From assembly GCA_910579485.1 (NCBI GenBank), contig CAJTVO010000002.1:7804-71803 (forward strand): 64,000 bases of DNA. The letters are read 5' to 3'. The notes below the pieces were generated by a model, which did not search any database, had not been told where the DNA came from, and worked only from the letters and a program-made list of their open reading frames with translations. Position numbers and translations under genes: made by a program. Source of the stretch: an uncultured Oscillospiraceae bacterium (GTDB lineage Bacteria; Bacillota; Clostridia; Oscillospirales; Oscillospiraceae). Positions 54,648 to 64,000 of this stretch are shown one piece after another (the stretch's first letter is position 1; each line of letters begins with the position of its first letter).

Positions 54648-55055
54648 CTACAGCTTTCTGACGATCTGGTAGGTCACGGCGGCCCTGCCCTTGGCCCAGC
54701 GGTCGCAGAGGACCGCAGCGGCCAGCCCCAGCAGAAACCCCACCCCGCCGCAGGCGTACCGCCAGGGCTCCGGCAGAGATCCCGGCAGCAGATATCCCAG
54801 CAGGAACAGCACCACCGGCAGGCCGTACACCAGTGCCGCAAACCCCAGCACCTTGTTGTCGCTGTAGACCTCTACCCGGTCCCCCAGCGCCACGGGCACG
54901 CCGCTCTCCGCCTGGATCACCAGGTCGGGAGTCCTTCCCGCGCACCGGCCGCAGCCGTCGCAGCTGTGGCCGCAGGCGGTCTGCCGGACAACGGTCAGCT
55001 CCACCAGCCCGCCGGGGACGGCGGGGAGGGCGGTAACGGTTGCGGTCTGTGTCAT
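54648..55055 (-). CDS. RseC/MucC-family (SoxR-reducing system) protein
   Basis: Cys cluster CGHSCDGCGRC followed by two TM helices. 135 aa. GGGAGGAG RBS. The track ORF is over-extended. Confidence 0.75.
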   Translation of the reverse strand: MTQTATVTALPAVPGGLVELTVVRQTACGHSCDGCGRCAGRTPDLVIQAESGVPVALGDRVEVYSDNKVLGFAALVYGLPVVLFLLGYLLPGSLPEPWRYACGGVGFLLGLAAAVLCDRWAKGRAAVTYQIVRKL

Positions 55056-55071
55056 AGATACGCTCCTCCCA

Positions 55072-56307
55072 TCAGCGGGATATGATCTTGCCAGTGACGG
55101 TATAGGTGCCCACCGCCCCCACCTCGCTGTAGCCGTCCACCAGAACGGTGGCCGGGGGCTGGATGGTCCCATCGTTGGTGATCTCCCGCAGATCCACGAC
55201 GATGCGGATATCCTCCTCCGTCACCTGCTCCAGGTCCTCCGCAGGACCGCGCAGCACCACGTCCTTCACAGTGGTGATGGGATCAAAGCGCTGGCTCTCG
55301 CTGGTGCCGACGGATTGGATGTTGGTCACAGAAAAGCTCCTGGTGGTCAGTCCGTGGAACTTGATGGAAAGCAAAGTGGTCTTATAGCCGCTGCTGTTCT
55401 CGCATCCGGCAGGGAGCTTGATATCCAGCTCCCGCACGTCGTCCGAGTAGAGGGTGCTGAGGTCCACCTCTCCCAGATCAATCTCGTCGATGGTCTCCAG
55501 GCTCAGGGGGTCGCCGGTGACGGTGATGGTATTCGGCTGCAGGTCCCACTTGACGTTGGCCAGCCGGGAGCCGGGGGACTCTTTGAGATCCACCTTCAGA
55601 TCCAGGGTCTTCACCATATAGATCGGAACAGTGACGGTGATCTTCTGATCGGAGAAACGGACCTGCTGGACCTCCAGCACGTTGCCGTCGGCGTCCAGCA
55701 GCTCGTAGCTGTACTCCTGACTGATGGTGTCGGTAGCATCGGTGATGTCCACCACCACGCGGGCGGAGGCTACCGGGTCCACATTGTCCTGCATACCGCT
55801 GAGGGTCACGCTGGCGGGCTCCTTCACCACCCGGTCAGCCATGTAGACGTAGGGCTCCTGGACATTCCCGGTGACGCTGACGCTGACGGGGATGTCCTTG
55901 GAGTACAGGCTGGTCACCTGGATGGACACGGTGCCCTTGGAGCTGCGCTCCACGTTGATGTCGCTGTTGTTCACGTTATCCGGCGTCTTCAAGGTCCACT
56001 GCAGGCTGTAGGGACCAATGGCATTGATGCCGGTAAGGTTTACCTGGGCGCGGATATCTCCGGGCCGGAGGTTGGAGATGATGGACCGGGGGCCGCTGAG
56101 GGTCAGGTCCAGGGTGGCGTCCCCCCCGCTGGAGAGCATCAGGCCCCGGCTGGGCAGAGTGTCCTCCGCGCCAATGAAGTCGATGGGCACATTGGAGAAG
56201 GTCCTTCGCATGGTGTTCCCGTTGGCGGTATCCACGTACAGCCAGAAGATAACCGCCAGCAAAAGGCTCAGCACCACGTAGAGTATCTTATTGGCTTTCT
56301 CACTCAT
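55072..56307 (-). CDS. cdaR: YbbR-domain protein, CdaA regulator
   Basis: N-terminal TM segment then repeated YbbR-like beta domains. Directly downstream of and overlapping cdaA. Start ATG at 56307 (alternative GTG at 56322). Confidence 0.85.
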   Translation of the reverse strand: MSEKANKILYVVLSLLLAVIFWLYVDTANGNTMRRTFSNVPIDFIGAEDTLPSRGLMLSSGGDATLDLTLSGPRSIISNLRPGDIRAQVNLTGINAIGPYSLQWTLKTPDNVNNSDINVERSSKGTVSIQVTSLYSKDIPVSVSVTGNVQEPYVYMADRVVKEPASVTLSGMQDNVDPVASARVVVDITDATDTISQEYSYELLDADGNVLEVQQVRFSDQKITVTVPIYMVKTLDLKVDLKESPGSRLANVKWDLQPNTITVTGDPLSLETIDEIDLGEVDLSTLYSDDVRELDIKLPAGCENSSGYKTTLLSIKFHGLTTRSFSVTNIQSVGTSESQRFDPITTVKDVVLRGPAEDLEQVTEEDIRIVVDLREITNDGTIQPPATVLVDGYSEVGAVGTYTVTGKIISR

Positions 56308-57205
56308 CCGCTTTTCCACCATCCTTCTTATCCTTGGTCAGGCGGCCCAGCAGGCCCTTGCGCTTTTTCCCGGCCTGGGCCTCGTCCTCGTCAGGCTGGG
56401 GCAGGAGCTCGTTGCGCAGCAGCTGGTCCAGAGTCTCTGTCATGAGGTGCCGCTTGAGCATCCCGCCCACAGCCACGGAGATGGACCCCGTCTCCTCGCT
56501 GACCAGGACCACCACGGCGTCGGAGTTCTCGCTCATGCCGATGCCCGCCCGGTGGCGCATCCCCAGGTCGCGGCTCAGGTTCACGTTCCGGCTCAGGGGG
56601 AGCATACAGCCCGCCCCCAGCACCCGGCCCTCCCGGATGATCACCGCGCCGTCGTGCATGGGCGCCTTGACGAAGAAGATGTTCTTCAGCAGCTCCGAGG
56701 AGACCTCCGCGTCCAGCTTGGTGCCGCTTCGTAGGATCTCGTCCGTCTGGTTCTTCCGCTCGAAGACGATCAGCGCGCCGGTGCGGGACTTGCTCATGTC
56801 GCCGCAGGCGGCCACGATCTGGCCGATGGCGTCCTCGATGGTCTCCCTGTCCACCTGGGGCTTGGAGAATATCTGGAGGAAGGGCAATTGGCTGCTGCCC
56901 ACCTGCTCCAGCACCCGGCGGATCTCCGGCTGGAAGAGGATGATCAGCGCCAGAACGCCCCACTCCACCACGTGGGTCAGGGCGAAGTTCAGGGCGGGCA
57001 GCCGGTCCGTGGACAGCCACAGCGCCGCGATCACCACCAGCACGCCCTTGAGCAGCCGGGAGGAATTGGTCTTCCGCACCAGCAGTAGCAGCCGGTAGAT
57101 GAGATAGGCGACCACCAGGATATCCACCACATCCAGCAGCCGCAGGGAAAAGACGAAGTTATTGAGCTTGTGGACCAGACTTGTCATCACTTCCATGACA
57201 TCCAT
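56300..57205 (-). CDS. cdaA: diadenylate cyclase
   Basis: Three N-terminal TM segments. DAC domain motifs GALIVFE, HDGAVII, RHRAGIGMSE and VVVLVSEETG. The ATG at 57205 is 5 nt after GGAGGG (track start 57229). Confidence 0.93.
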   Translation of the reverse strand: MDVMEVMTSLVHKLNNFVFSLRLLDVVDILVVAYLIYRLLLLVRKTNSSRLLKGVLVVIAALWLSTDRLPALNFALTHVVEWGVLALIILFQPEIRRVLEQVGSSQLPFLQIFSKPQVDRETIEDAIGQIVAACGDMSKSRTGALIVFERKNQTDEILRSGTKLDAEVSSELLKNIFFVKAPMHDGAVIIREGRVLGAGCMLPLSRNVNLSRDLGMRHRAGIGMSENSDAVVVLVSEETGSISVAVGGMLKRHLMTETLDQLLRNELLPQPDEDEAQAGKKRKGLLGRLTKDKKDGGKADE

Positions 57206-57245
57206 GGCTTCCCTCCGCTGAAAAAGCATTCCATAAGTAGCTTAC

Positions 57246-57274
57246 ATTTTACTCTAAACCTGGGAAAAAAGCAA
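57246..57274 (-). promoter_or_regulatory. candidate sigma-A promoter for cdaA-cdaR
   Basis: Minus strand reads TTGCTT - 17 nt - TAAAAT, about 40 nt upstream of the cdaA start. Confidence 0.5.
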
Positions 57275-57437
57275 CAAATTCTCGCCCGTTTTTTTCCCGA
57301 AGATCCTGCCGGTTTCTGTCGAAAATCACTTTTTCATGAAAAACCCACCGAAAATGTTGGCATTACCTTCTGAATCTGCAAACAATTTCGGCGAAATATT
57401 CACAAAAAGTTTATAGTCCCCAGCCGCGGGCGGACAT

Positions 57438-57463
57438 GAAAAAGGGAGGCGCGCGCGCCTCCC
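57438..57463 (-). terminator. Rho-independent terminator after the cysteine desulfurase gene
   Basis: Minus strand reads GGGAGGCGCG/CGCGCCTCCC (20-nt self-complementary) followed by TTTTTC. Confidence 0.75.
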
Positions 57464-57476
57464 GTCTCCGGCTCCC

Positions 57477-58592
57477 TTACCATTTTTCCAGCATCCGGAG
57501 TACCGTCTCCGCCTCCTCCGGCGTATTGAAGACCGAGGCGGAAAAGCGCAGGGTCCCGGTCTCCTCCGTTCCCACGGTACGATGGGCCAGCGGCGCGCAG
57601 TGCAGTCCCGCGCGCACCGCCACTCCCTGCTCCGCCAGAAGGCCCGCCAGGGTCTCCGGCGGCATACGCAGAGGCAGGACGCTCAATACGGAGCTCTCCC
57701 CCGCCGGGTCATCGAACACCCGGAAATCCTCCCGGCTCTTCAAGCCCTCCGCCAGCACCCGGATCACCTCGCTCTCCCTGCGCCGGATCTTCTCCAGGCC
57801 AGTGGTGCGGACGAACCGGATGCCCTCCAGAAGGCCCGCCGCTCCGTGGACGTTCTGGGTGCCCGCCTCCAGCCTATCCGGCAAAAAGTCCGGCATCTCC
57901 TGCTGCCGGGAGAGGCTTCCGGTACCGCCGGTCAGCAGGGATGCAGGAACGAATCCGTCCCCGCACAGCAGCAGGCCCGTGCCCTGAGGGCCGTAAAGCC
58001 CCTTATGTCCCGGCATGGCCGCGCAGGCCGCGCCCCAGCTCTTGACACGCACCGGATGGATCCCCGCGGACTGGGCGGCGTCCACGACGAGGGGGACGCC
58101 CCGTTCCCGGCAGATCCCGGCGATGTCATCCATGGGCAGGGTGTAACCGAAGACGTTGGAAGTATGTGTACAGATCACCGCCCGGACCTTGCCGTCCACG
58201 GCCCGGCGGAAGCCCTCCGCCATCTGGGCGGGGTCGAAGAGCCGGGCGTTGACAATCCGGCAGGACACGCCGCCGATGTCCGCCAAGGTCCGGGTGACGG
58301 CGTTGTGCTCATAGCCGGATATGACCACCGTGTCCCCCGCTCTCACAAGGCTGCGGATGGCGATGTTCAAGCCGTGGGTGGCGCTGGTGGTCAGGACGGC
58401 GTTGTCCGGCTGGGGTACGTCAAAGAGCTCCGCCGCCTCCATACGGCAGCGCAGCATCAGGTCCGCCGCCAGGCGGGCGGCAGGGTGGTCTCCCCGTCCG
58501 GGGGTGGTCATGGTGCTCATCGCGCCGGCCACCGCCGCCGGAACGGCGTCCGGCTTTTGCAGCGTGGTGGCTGCGCTGTCAAAGTAGATCAT
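57477..58592 (-). CDS. class-V aminotransferase / cysteine desulfurase-family protein
   Basis: IYFDSAATT, TSATHGLN, HTSNVFG, VDAAQSAG and PGHKGLYGPQGTG (PLP Lys). AGGAGGAA RBS. The track ORF is over-extended. Confidence 0.88.
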   Translation of the reverse strand: MIYFDSAATTLQKPDAVPAAVAGAMSTMTTPGRGDHPAARLAADLMLRCRMEAAELFDVPQPDNAVLTTSATHGLNIAIRSLVRAGDTVVISGYEHNAVTRTLADIGGVSCRIVNARLFDPAQMAEGFRRAVDGKVRAVICTHTSNVFGYTLPMDDIAGICRERGVPLVVDAAQSAGIHPVRVKSWGAACAAMPGHKGLYGPQGTGLLLCGDGFVPASLLTGGTGSLSRQQEMPDFLPDRLEAGTQNVHGAAGLLEGIRFVRTTGLEKIRRRESEVIRVLAEGLKSREDFRVFDDPAGESSVLSVLPLRMPPETLAGLLAEQGVAVRAGLHCAPLAHRTVGTEETGTLRFSASVFNTPEEAETVLRMLEKW

Positions 58593-58671
58593 CGCGCTTC
58601 CTCCTGACAATAGCGGGAGGACCGGCTCCCGCCGCCGGCGAGGCGGTGCAAGAGGTCCGGCCCTCCCTGTG

Positions 58672-58926
58672 TTATATCGTGATTTCGCTGAAGGTCCCAT
58701 CGCTCTGCGCATAAAAGACGCGCATCGGAGCAAGCCCTTCCTCCCGCAGCCGGCTCAGGGCGGTGGGCAGGCTGCCCTCGCCGACGCGGACCGCGTAGCT
58801 GCACCCTCTGTCGGTCAGCCCCATGGGGGGCCGGAAGAACCGGGCGGTGATGCCCGCCCGTTCAAGGGTGCGGCTCATGCGCTGGGCATGGGTGATGGAA
58901 CGGCTCAGCAGCAGATAGTAAGGCAT
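58672..58926 (-). CDS. DUF3343-domain protein (putative S/Se carrier-like)
   Basis: 84 aa. MPYYLLLSRSITHAQRMSRTLERAGI...GCSYAVRV. GGGAGG RBS. Directly upstream of the cysteine desulfurase gene. Confidence 0.65.
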   Translation of the reverse strand: MPYYLLLSRSITHAQRMSRTLERAGITARFFRPPMGLTDRGCSYAVRVGEGSLPTALSRLREEGLAPMRVFYAQSDGTFSEITI

Positions 58927-58990
58927 ACCACCGCCTCCCGTCATCAATATATGCGGAGAGGTTTTCGGATGTGCCATCCCCGGAAACAGC

Positions 58991-59033
58991 GGCAGGCGTC
59001 CCCCCTCCGCATTCCGGAAAGGGGACGCCTGCC
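58991..59033 (-). terminator. hairpin after ispF (possible terminator)
   Basis: 13-bp stem GGCAGGCGTCCCC / GGGGACGCCTGCC with a 17-nt loop. The downstream U-tract is weak. Confidence 0.4.
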
Positions 59034-59044
59034 AGCGTTACTCT

Positions 59045-59530
59045 TTATTGTTCTTTGAAAACCAGCGCGACCGCCTGGGCGGACATGCCGGAGCCGTCTC
59101 CGGTGAAGCCCAGCCCCTCCTCGGTGGTGGCCTTGACGCTGACCGCGTCCAGGGGAAGCCCCAGGTCGGCGGCGATGTTGGCCCGCATCTGGGGGATGTA
59201 AGGCGCGACCTTCGGCCGCTGGGCGATCAGGGTGGCGTCCACGTTGCCGACCGTATAGCCGTTTTGGGCCAGGACCTTCCCGACCTCCCGCAGGAGGACG
59301 CGGCTGTCGGCCCCCTCGTAACGGGCGTCGCTGTCCGGGAAAAGGCGCCCGATGTCCCCCAGCGCCGCCGCGCCCAAGAGGGCGTCCATCAAGGCGTGGA
59401 GCAGCACGTCCGCGTCGGAGTGGCCCAGCAGGCCCTTCTCCCAGGGGACCGTCACGCCCCCCAGCACTAGAGCGCGGCCTTCCGTCAGGCGGTGGACGTC
59501 GTAGCCCTGACCGATCCTTGGCACACTCAT
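59045..59530 (-). CDS. ispF: 2-C-methyl-D-erythritol 2,4-cyclodiphosphate synthase
   Basis: [29 protein letters not shown] and KATTTE-like KATTEE motifs. Confidence 0.95.
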   Translation of the reverse strand: MSVPRIGQGYDVHRLTEGRALVLGGVTVPWEKGLLGHSDADVLLHALMDALLGAAALGDIGRLFPDSDARYEGADSRVLLREVGKVLAQNGYTVGNVDATLIAQRPKVAPYIPQMRANIAADLGLPLDAVSVKATTEEGLGFTGDGSGMSAQAVALVFKEQ

Positions 59531-60264
59531 GACTGCACCTCCCGCTGGTGCAGGAGCTCGGCCGCCAGGGCCAGATCCTCAGGCGTCGTGATCTTAATGT
59601 TCTCATAGGAGCCGTCTGTCAAGTAAATTTCCTTGCCAAGGCGTTCCACGGCGGAACAGTCGTCCGTCAGGACCTCGCCGGTGGTCCGGGCGCTCTCCAG
59701 CGCCGCCCGAAGCAGGGCGGCATCGAAGACCTGGGGCGTCTGGATGGCCCGCAGGCTGTCCCGGTCCGGGGTGCCGGTCACCCGCCCGTCCTGGACGATC
59801 TTGATGGTATCCTTCACCGGGACGGCGGGGGCGGCGGCGTTGGTGCGGTGGGCCAGGGCGATGGTGCGGTCGATCAATTCCGGCGTGGCCAGGGGCCGCG
59901 CGCCGTCATGGACCGCCAGAAAGGCCGTATCCTCCCGGCACTCCAGGGAAGCCAGATACACGGACTCCAGCCGGGACGCCCCGCCCCGGACGATCTTCAC
60001 CGGCTTGGAAACGCCGTATATCTTGCAAAGGTCGCCGAAGGCCAGCAGGTCCTCCTCCCGGGCGGCCACCACGATCTCGTCCACCAGCTCCGAGGCGTTC
60101 AAGGCCATCAGGGTGTGGGCCAAAACGGGCACGCCCTCCAGAGGCTGGAGGAGCTTGTTCTCCCCGCCCATGCGGCTGGAGGACCCGGCGGCGGCTACGA
60201 TCACGCTGCACGTTGGATGCTCCGCCTGTCCCCTTCTATGAAACAATCTGGAAAAAAGACCCAT
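59527..60264 (-). CDS. ispD: 2-C-methyl-D-erythritol 4-phosphate cytidylyltransferase
   Basis: [25 protein letters not shown]. Overlaps ispF (ATGA) and the carD stop (TAATG). Confidence 0.93.
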   Translation of the reverse strand: MGLFSRLFHRRGQAEHPTCSVIVAAAGSSSRMGGENKLLQPLEGVPVLAHTLMALNASELVDEIVVAAREEDLLAFGDLCKIYGVSKPVKIVRGGASRLESVYLASLECREDTAFLAVHDGARPLATPELIDRTIALAHRTNAAAPAVPVKDTIKIVQDGRVTGTPDRDSLRAIQTPQVFDAALLRAALESARTTGEVLTDDCSAVERLGKEIYLTDGSYENIKITTPEDLALAAELLHQREVQS

Positions 60265-60758
60265 TATCCCTTTGCGCCTCCCGCAACCGCTGAATTGACC
60301 TGCTGCTCGATATCGCTGTACTCCCCCCCAGTGGAGAGGGCCATCTCGGAGATCAGGATCTGCTTGGCCGTGCGCAGCATCTTCCGCTCGCCGGTGGACA
60401 GCCCCTTCTCGTTCTCCCGGCTGAGCAGACCCTTCATCACCCGGGCAACCTCATAGAGGTCTCCGCTTTTCAGACGCTGCATGTTCTCCCGATAGCGCTG
60501 GTTCCAGCTTCCGGTAAAGCGCTCCACCTCCAGGCCGGAGAGGTCCTTCAACAGCTGCTGTATCCGCTTCAGGTCCCAGACCCCCCGCAGTCCGAAGGAT
60601 TCTCCGGAGGCGGTGGGGATCTTCAGCGTCAAACCGCCCACAGGCATCCGGAACACATAATAATCCTGTGCAGCGCCCGCTACGGTCTCTGTCACGATCT
60701 CGTCGATCACGCCCGCCCCGTGCATTGGATGGGCAACCTTGTCCCCTACGCGAAACAT
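60264..60758 (-). CDS. carD: CarD/CdnL-family RNAP-binding transcriptional regulator
   Basis: MFRVGDKVAHPMHGAGVIDEI... (Tudor-like RID). 164 aa. Located upstream of ispDF, as in many Firmicutes and Actinobacteria. Confidence 0.9.
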   Translation of the reverse strand: MFRVGDKVAHPMHGAGVIDEIVTETVAGAAQDYYVFRMPVGGLTLKIPTASGESFGLRGVWDLKRIQQLLKDLSGLEVERFTGSWNQRYRENMQRLKSGDLYEVARVMKGLLSRENEKGLSTGERKMLRTAKQILISEMALSTGGEYSDIEQQVNSAVAGGAKG

Positions 60759-60980
60759 ATTCCCGCCGCCTCCCTTTCATGCAGTCTTACAACAAATTCC
60801 CAGGTACGATGTGCATATAAGCCTAGTTTACACCACTATTTGGAAAATTACAAGGGAAAAATTGTTATTTTAGGGAAAGAATTGGGAAAATCCTTCGTTT
60901 ATGGGGCGCTCACGGTCCCGCGGACCGGCTGAAGGCCGGTTTTCCCCGACGGGCGCTTCGTCCTCAGGCTTTCTCCGGCG

Positions 60981-63900
60981 TCAGACCTCCATCGTTTGTC
61001 CCGCGCTGAAAAAGTAGAGCACGCGGCGTTTGACGGGCAGCTCCAGGATCTTCTCCAGGGCGGCGCTGTAGGCCTCCAGCTGGGGGCGGTAATGGGCTGC
61101 TTTCTCCGCGATCGTGTCCTCCGTGACATAGTCAGTCTTGAAATCTACTACGGTGACGGCGCCGCCCTTCTCGGCATACAGGTCTACCACGCCCTGGAGC
61201 ATCACCTCTTCCCCGCCAGCCAGCTCCGGGAAGTACCGCTCCCCCGGCATCAGCAGGCTGAAACGGAACTCCCGCTCCACGTGGTCCGCCTTCCGCAGCT
61301 CCGCCGCCAGCGGCGAGGCCAGGAACCGCCGGATCGCCGTCTGATCTACGGCGTCCGCCTGCTCTCGGGTCAGGAACCGCCGGGACGCCAGGTCCTCCAC
61401 CACGGCGCGCACATCCGTATCCTCCTTCAGGGGCAGATACTGCATCACCAGATGGGTGGCGGTGCCCCGCTCCGCGCCGGTGAGGGGCCGCTGCCCGGAG
61501 AGGAACCGGGGCGCAGAAAACTCCCGGCGGACGTAGGGCTGGATGGTCTCCTGGACGATCTCACGGTCCTTTTCCCGGCCCTTGAGCTGGGTGGCGGTGA
61601 GCTTGGTGGGCGCGGTACAGGCGGCGAGATGGGGATAGACGAAGTCCAGAGCCTCCCGGTCCACCGGCAGCGTTGGCACACTGGGGATCGCTTCCGGACC
61701 GCCCGGTTCCTCCTGGAGGCGGCTTCCAAAGACCGCGTCCTCGTGGAGAAACACCTGCCAGGGGGCGTCCTCCAGGGGGGCGAAATCATCCACCCCCTGT
61801 CCGGCCAGCTCCCGCAGGGGCGCGGCCTCCCAACGCCGCAGCAGGGGCAGCAGGACCCACTCCGCCATGGACCGGGCGCCGTCCACGGTCTCGGGCGGCG
61901 CGGGCAGGGATGAGAGGGCGTCCAGCTCCTTCAAGCGCCGTCCGGCGGAGGGCATGGTTGCCGTGAGGATCAGCTTTTCCTTGGCCCGGGTCATGCCCAC
62001 GTACAGCACCCGCATCTCCTCGGACCGGGCCTCCCGGCTCAGCAGGCCGGACACCGCCTCCCGGGCGATGGTGGGATAGCGGATATGGCGGTCCAGGTCG
62101 ATGTACAGCGGCCCCAACCCCAGGTGGGGATGGACCAGCACCGGGGTCTGCAGGTCCGCCCGGTTGAACCGCTTCCCCAGGTCCGTCAGGAGCACGATGG
62201 GGAACTCCAGCCCCTTGGATTTGTGGATGCTCATGATCTGCACGCCGCCGGAGGGCGCGCCGGAGGCGGTGACGGGCTGCTCCCCGCTCTCCAGCAGGCG
62301 GCGGAGATGGGAGACGAAGGCGAACAGGCCCTTATATCCCGCGCTCTCAAAGCTTCGGGCGTGCTCGTACAGGGCCACCAGGTTCTCCCGCCGTCCCTCG
62401 CCGCCGGACATGGCGCCGAACACCCCCAGCACGTTCCACTGGTTGTAGATCCGCCAGATGAGACGGTGGACGCTCATGTCCCGGGCCAGACTCCGCAGGT
62501 CCGTCAGACGGGACAGGAAGGCTTGGCAGTCCTCCTCCTCTGAAGCGGCCAGGGCCTCGTAGAAGTCCCCCTCCGGGTGGTTCCCCCGGATCATGGCCAG
62601 CCGGTTCGGGGAAAAGCCCGCCAGGGGCGAGCGCAGCACGGCGATCAGGGGCACGTCCTGCCGGGGATTGTCCAGAATCTCCAGCAGGGAGCACATCACC
62701 GCCACCTCCATGGCGGAGAAAAAGTCCTCATTCTCCTGGGTGGCGCAGGGGACGCCCCGCTCCGCCAGAGCCCGGGTGTAGTGGCGCAGCCGGGGGCCCG
62801 GGGAGCGCATGAGGATCACAATGTCCTCCGGACGGCAGGGGCGCAGCGCCTTGGTATCCCCGTCCGTCACGGGGAAGCCCTCCGACAGCAGGGACGCGAT
62901 CCGGTCCGCCGCCAGACGGGCCTCCAACAGCGCGGAGGGGACTTTTTCCGTCTCCCCGTCGTCCTGGGGCGGCAGGAGCAGGTGGAACTCCGTGTGACAG
63001 TCCTCCCGGGGCGGCAGGTAGTCCGCGCCGAAGTACAGACGCTCCGCCGCGCCGTAGTCCACCTCCCCCATCTCCCGGCTCATGAGGTTGGAGAAAATGA
63101 AGTTGGCTCCGTCCAGCACCTCCTTCCGGGAGCGGAAGTTCTGGCTGAGGAGGATCCGTCGGGGCTCCCCCTCCTCCGCCTCCGCCGCGTCGGGGTACTG
63201 GCGGTACTGCTCCAGAAAGATGGTGGGGTCCGCCAGCCGGAAGCGGTAGATGGACTGCTTCACGTCCCCCACGGTGAAGAGGGTCCGGCCCCCGTGGGAG
63301 AGGGCGTCAAAGATGCAGTTCTGTACCTGGTTGGTGTCCTGGTATTCGTCCACCATCACCTCCCGGTAGCGCTCCGCCGTCACCGCCGACAGGGGCGTGG
63401 GACGGCCGTCCTCCCCCAGGAGCAGGCGCACGGCGTAGTGCTCCTGGTCGGAGAAGTCCGTCACGTTCCTGCGCAGCTTCTCCTGCTGGTAGGCCTCGGA
63501 GAAATCCACGCACAGCGCCAGCAGCGCCTCCATAGCGGGAGCGGAGCGGCGCAGGTCCTCCCCCGCCTCCGCCCCGGAGGTCTCCAGAATGGCGGAGAAG
63601 GCCGCCGCGTCCTTCTTGCAGCGGTTCCAGAGGGTCTGCATCCTATCCTTCAGCGCCGGGTCCTCACATTTCCGGACCGGGGAGAGGCGCGGGAACTCCG
63701 GCAGACGCCCGGCGGCTTCATCCCATCCCTTGTCCGCCGCCTCCGCCAGGGCCTCCATCTGGCCGGACACGCCGGAGAAGGCGGGGCCATAGGCCTTCGC
63801 CAACGCGCCGTCGGAGCTCATCTCCTCCAGCGCACGGGCCAGGAGGTCCGCCCAGTGGCGGGCCTTGCGGGCCAGCCGGACCAGCAGGGCCCGGCCAAAC

Positions 63901-64000
63901 TCCGTCTCGCCCCCGTCCTCCGGCAGAGCGGCCCAGCTCCGGCGCTGCTCCTCCAGCCAGCGGTGGGGGTAGGCGTGGCTCTGGACCTTGCGGTGAAGCT
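60981..64000 (-). CDS. addA: ATP-dependent helicase/nuclease subunit A (AddA), 5'-partial (runs off window end)
   Basis: The frame stays open from 63821 to the window edge (…HPHRWLEEQRRSW…). UvrD-like helicase motifs (MVDEYQDTN, VGDVKQSIYRFR, ILLSQNFRS, IMSIHKSKGLEF, LYVGMTRAKE). C-terminal PD-(D/E)XK nuclease (GVVDLY...VVDFKTD). Confidence 0.9.
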   Translation of the reverse strand, partial: LHRKVQSHAYPHRWLEEQRRSWAALPEDGGETEFGRALLVRLARKARHWADLLARALEEMSSDGALAKAYGPAFSGVSGQMEALAEAADKGWDEAAGRLPEFPRLSPVRKCEDPALKDRMQTLWNRCKKDAAAFSAILETSGAEAGEDLRRSAPAMEALLALCVDFSEAYQQEKLRRNVTDFSDQEHYAVRLLLGEDGRPTPLSAVTAERYREVMVDEYQDTNQVQNCIFDALSHGGRTLFTVGDVKQSIYRFRLADPTIFLEQYRQYPDAAEAEEGEPRRILLSQNFRSRKEVLDGANFIFSNLMSREMGEVDYGAAERLYFGADYLPPREDCHTEFHLLLPPQDDGETEKVPSALLEARLAADRIASLLSEGFPVTDGDTKALRPCRPEDIVILMRSPGPRLRHYTRALAERGVPCATQENEDFFSAMEVAVMCSLLEILDNPRQDVPLIAVLRSPLAGFSPNRLAMIRGNHPEGDFYEALAASEEEDCQAFLSRLTDLRSLARDMSVHRLIWRIYNQWNVLGVFGAMSGGEGRRENLVALYEHARSFESAGYKGLFAFVSHLRRLLESGEQPVTASGAPSGGVQIMSIHKSKGLEFPIVLLTDLGKRFNRADLQTPVLVHPHLGLGPLYIDLDRHIRYPTIAREAVSGLLSREARSEEMRVLYVGMTRAKEKLILTATMPSAGRRLKELDALSSLPAPPETVDGARSMAEWVLLPLLRRWEAAPLRELAGQGVDDFAPLEDAPWQVFLHEDAVFGSRLQEEPGGPEAIPSVPTLPVDREALDFVYPHLAACTAPTKLTATQLKGREKDREIVQETIQPYVRREFSAPRFLSGQRPLTGAERGTATHLVMQYLPLKEDTDVRAVVEDLASRRFLTREQADAVDQTAIRRFLASPLAAELRKADHVEREFRFSLLMPGERYFPELAGGEEVMLQGVVDLYAEKGGAVTVVDFKTDYVTEDTIAEKAAHYRPQLEAYSAALEKILELPVKRRVLYFFSAGQTMEV

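Noticed and set aside
60900-60980. Hairpin CCGGC-tgaag-GCCGG followed by TTTT on the + strand, downstream of addA
   Set aside because: The U-tract is on the wrong strand for addA and there is no + strand gene to terminate. Not called as a terminator.

Overview
High-GC (roughly 60-70% by hand count on sample lines) chromosomal segment of a spore-forming Firmicute. It is probably a Clostridia/Oscillospiraceae-like organism, inferred from spoIIM, spoVM, yunB, a SafA-like DUF3794/LysM protein and a type-A RNase P RNA. About 70 protein genes are supportable, most on the minus strand. The core is housekeeping and reproduces the Bacillus yloC-remA-gmk-rpoZ-priA-def-fmt-rsmB-rlmN-prpC-prkC-rsgA synteny. 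It also includes cdaA-cdaR, ispDF, carD, addA (partial), ligA, murD, dapA, metH, xerD, yajC and rnpB. No rRNA, tRNA, CRISPR array, transposase or phage integrase was seen. Lower-GC accessory insertions interrupt this backbone: a TetR-controlled membrane-protein operon (10.3-12.3 kb), two VOC/glyoxalase genes, and an island at 20.3-23.5 kb. That island is the most interesting locus. A WYL-domain regulator is translationally coupled to a GIY-YIG nuclease-like gene. This pair is divergent from an operon encoding a macro-domain fusion protein and a protein consisting only of an FtsZ C-terminal domain with an intact T7 (NxDxxD) loop. The island sits between an orphan OmpR-type response regulator and an ABC-2 transporter operon (one ATPase, four tandem permease paralogues, one frameshifted) that ends in a sensor-less histidine kinase. 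Many long ORFs in the supplied track are antisense or high-GC artefacts and were rejected.
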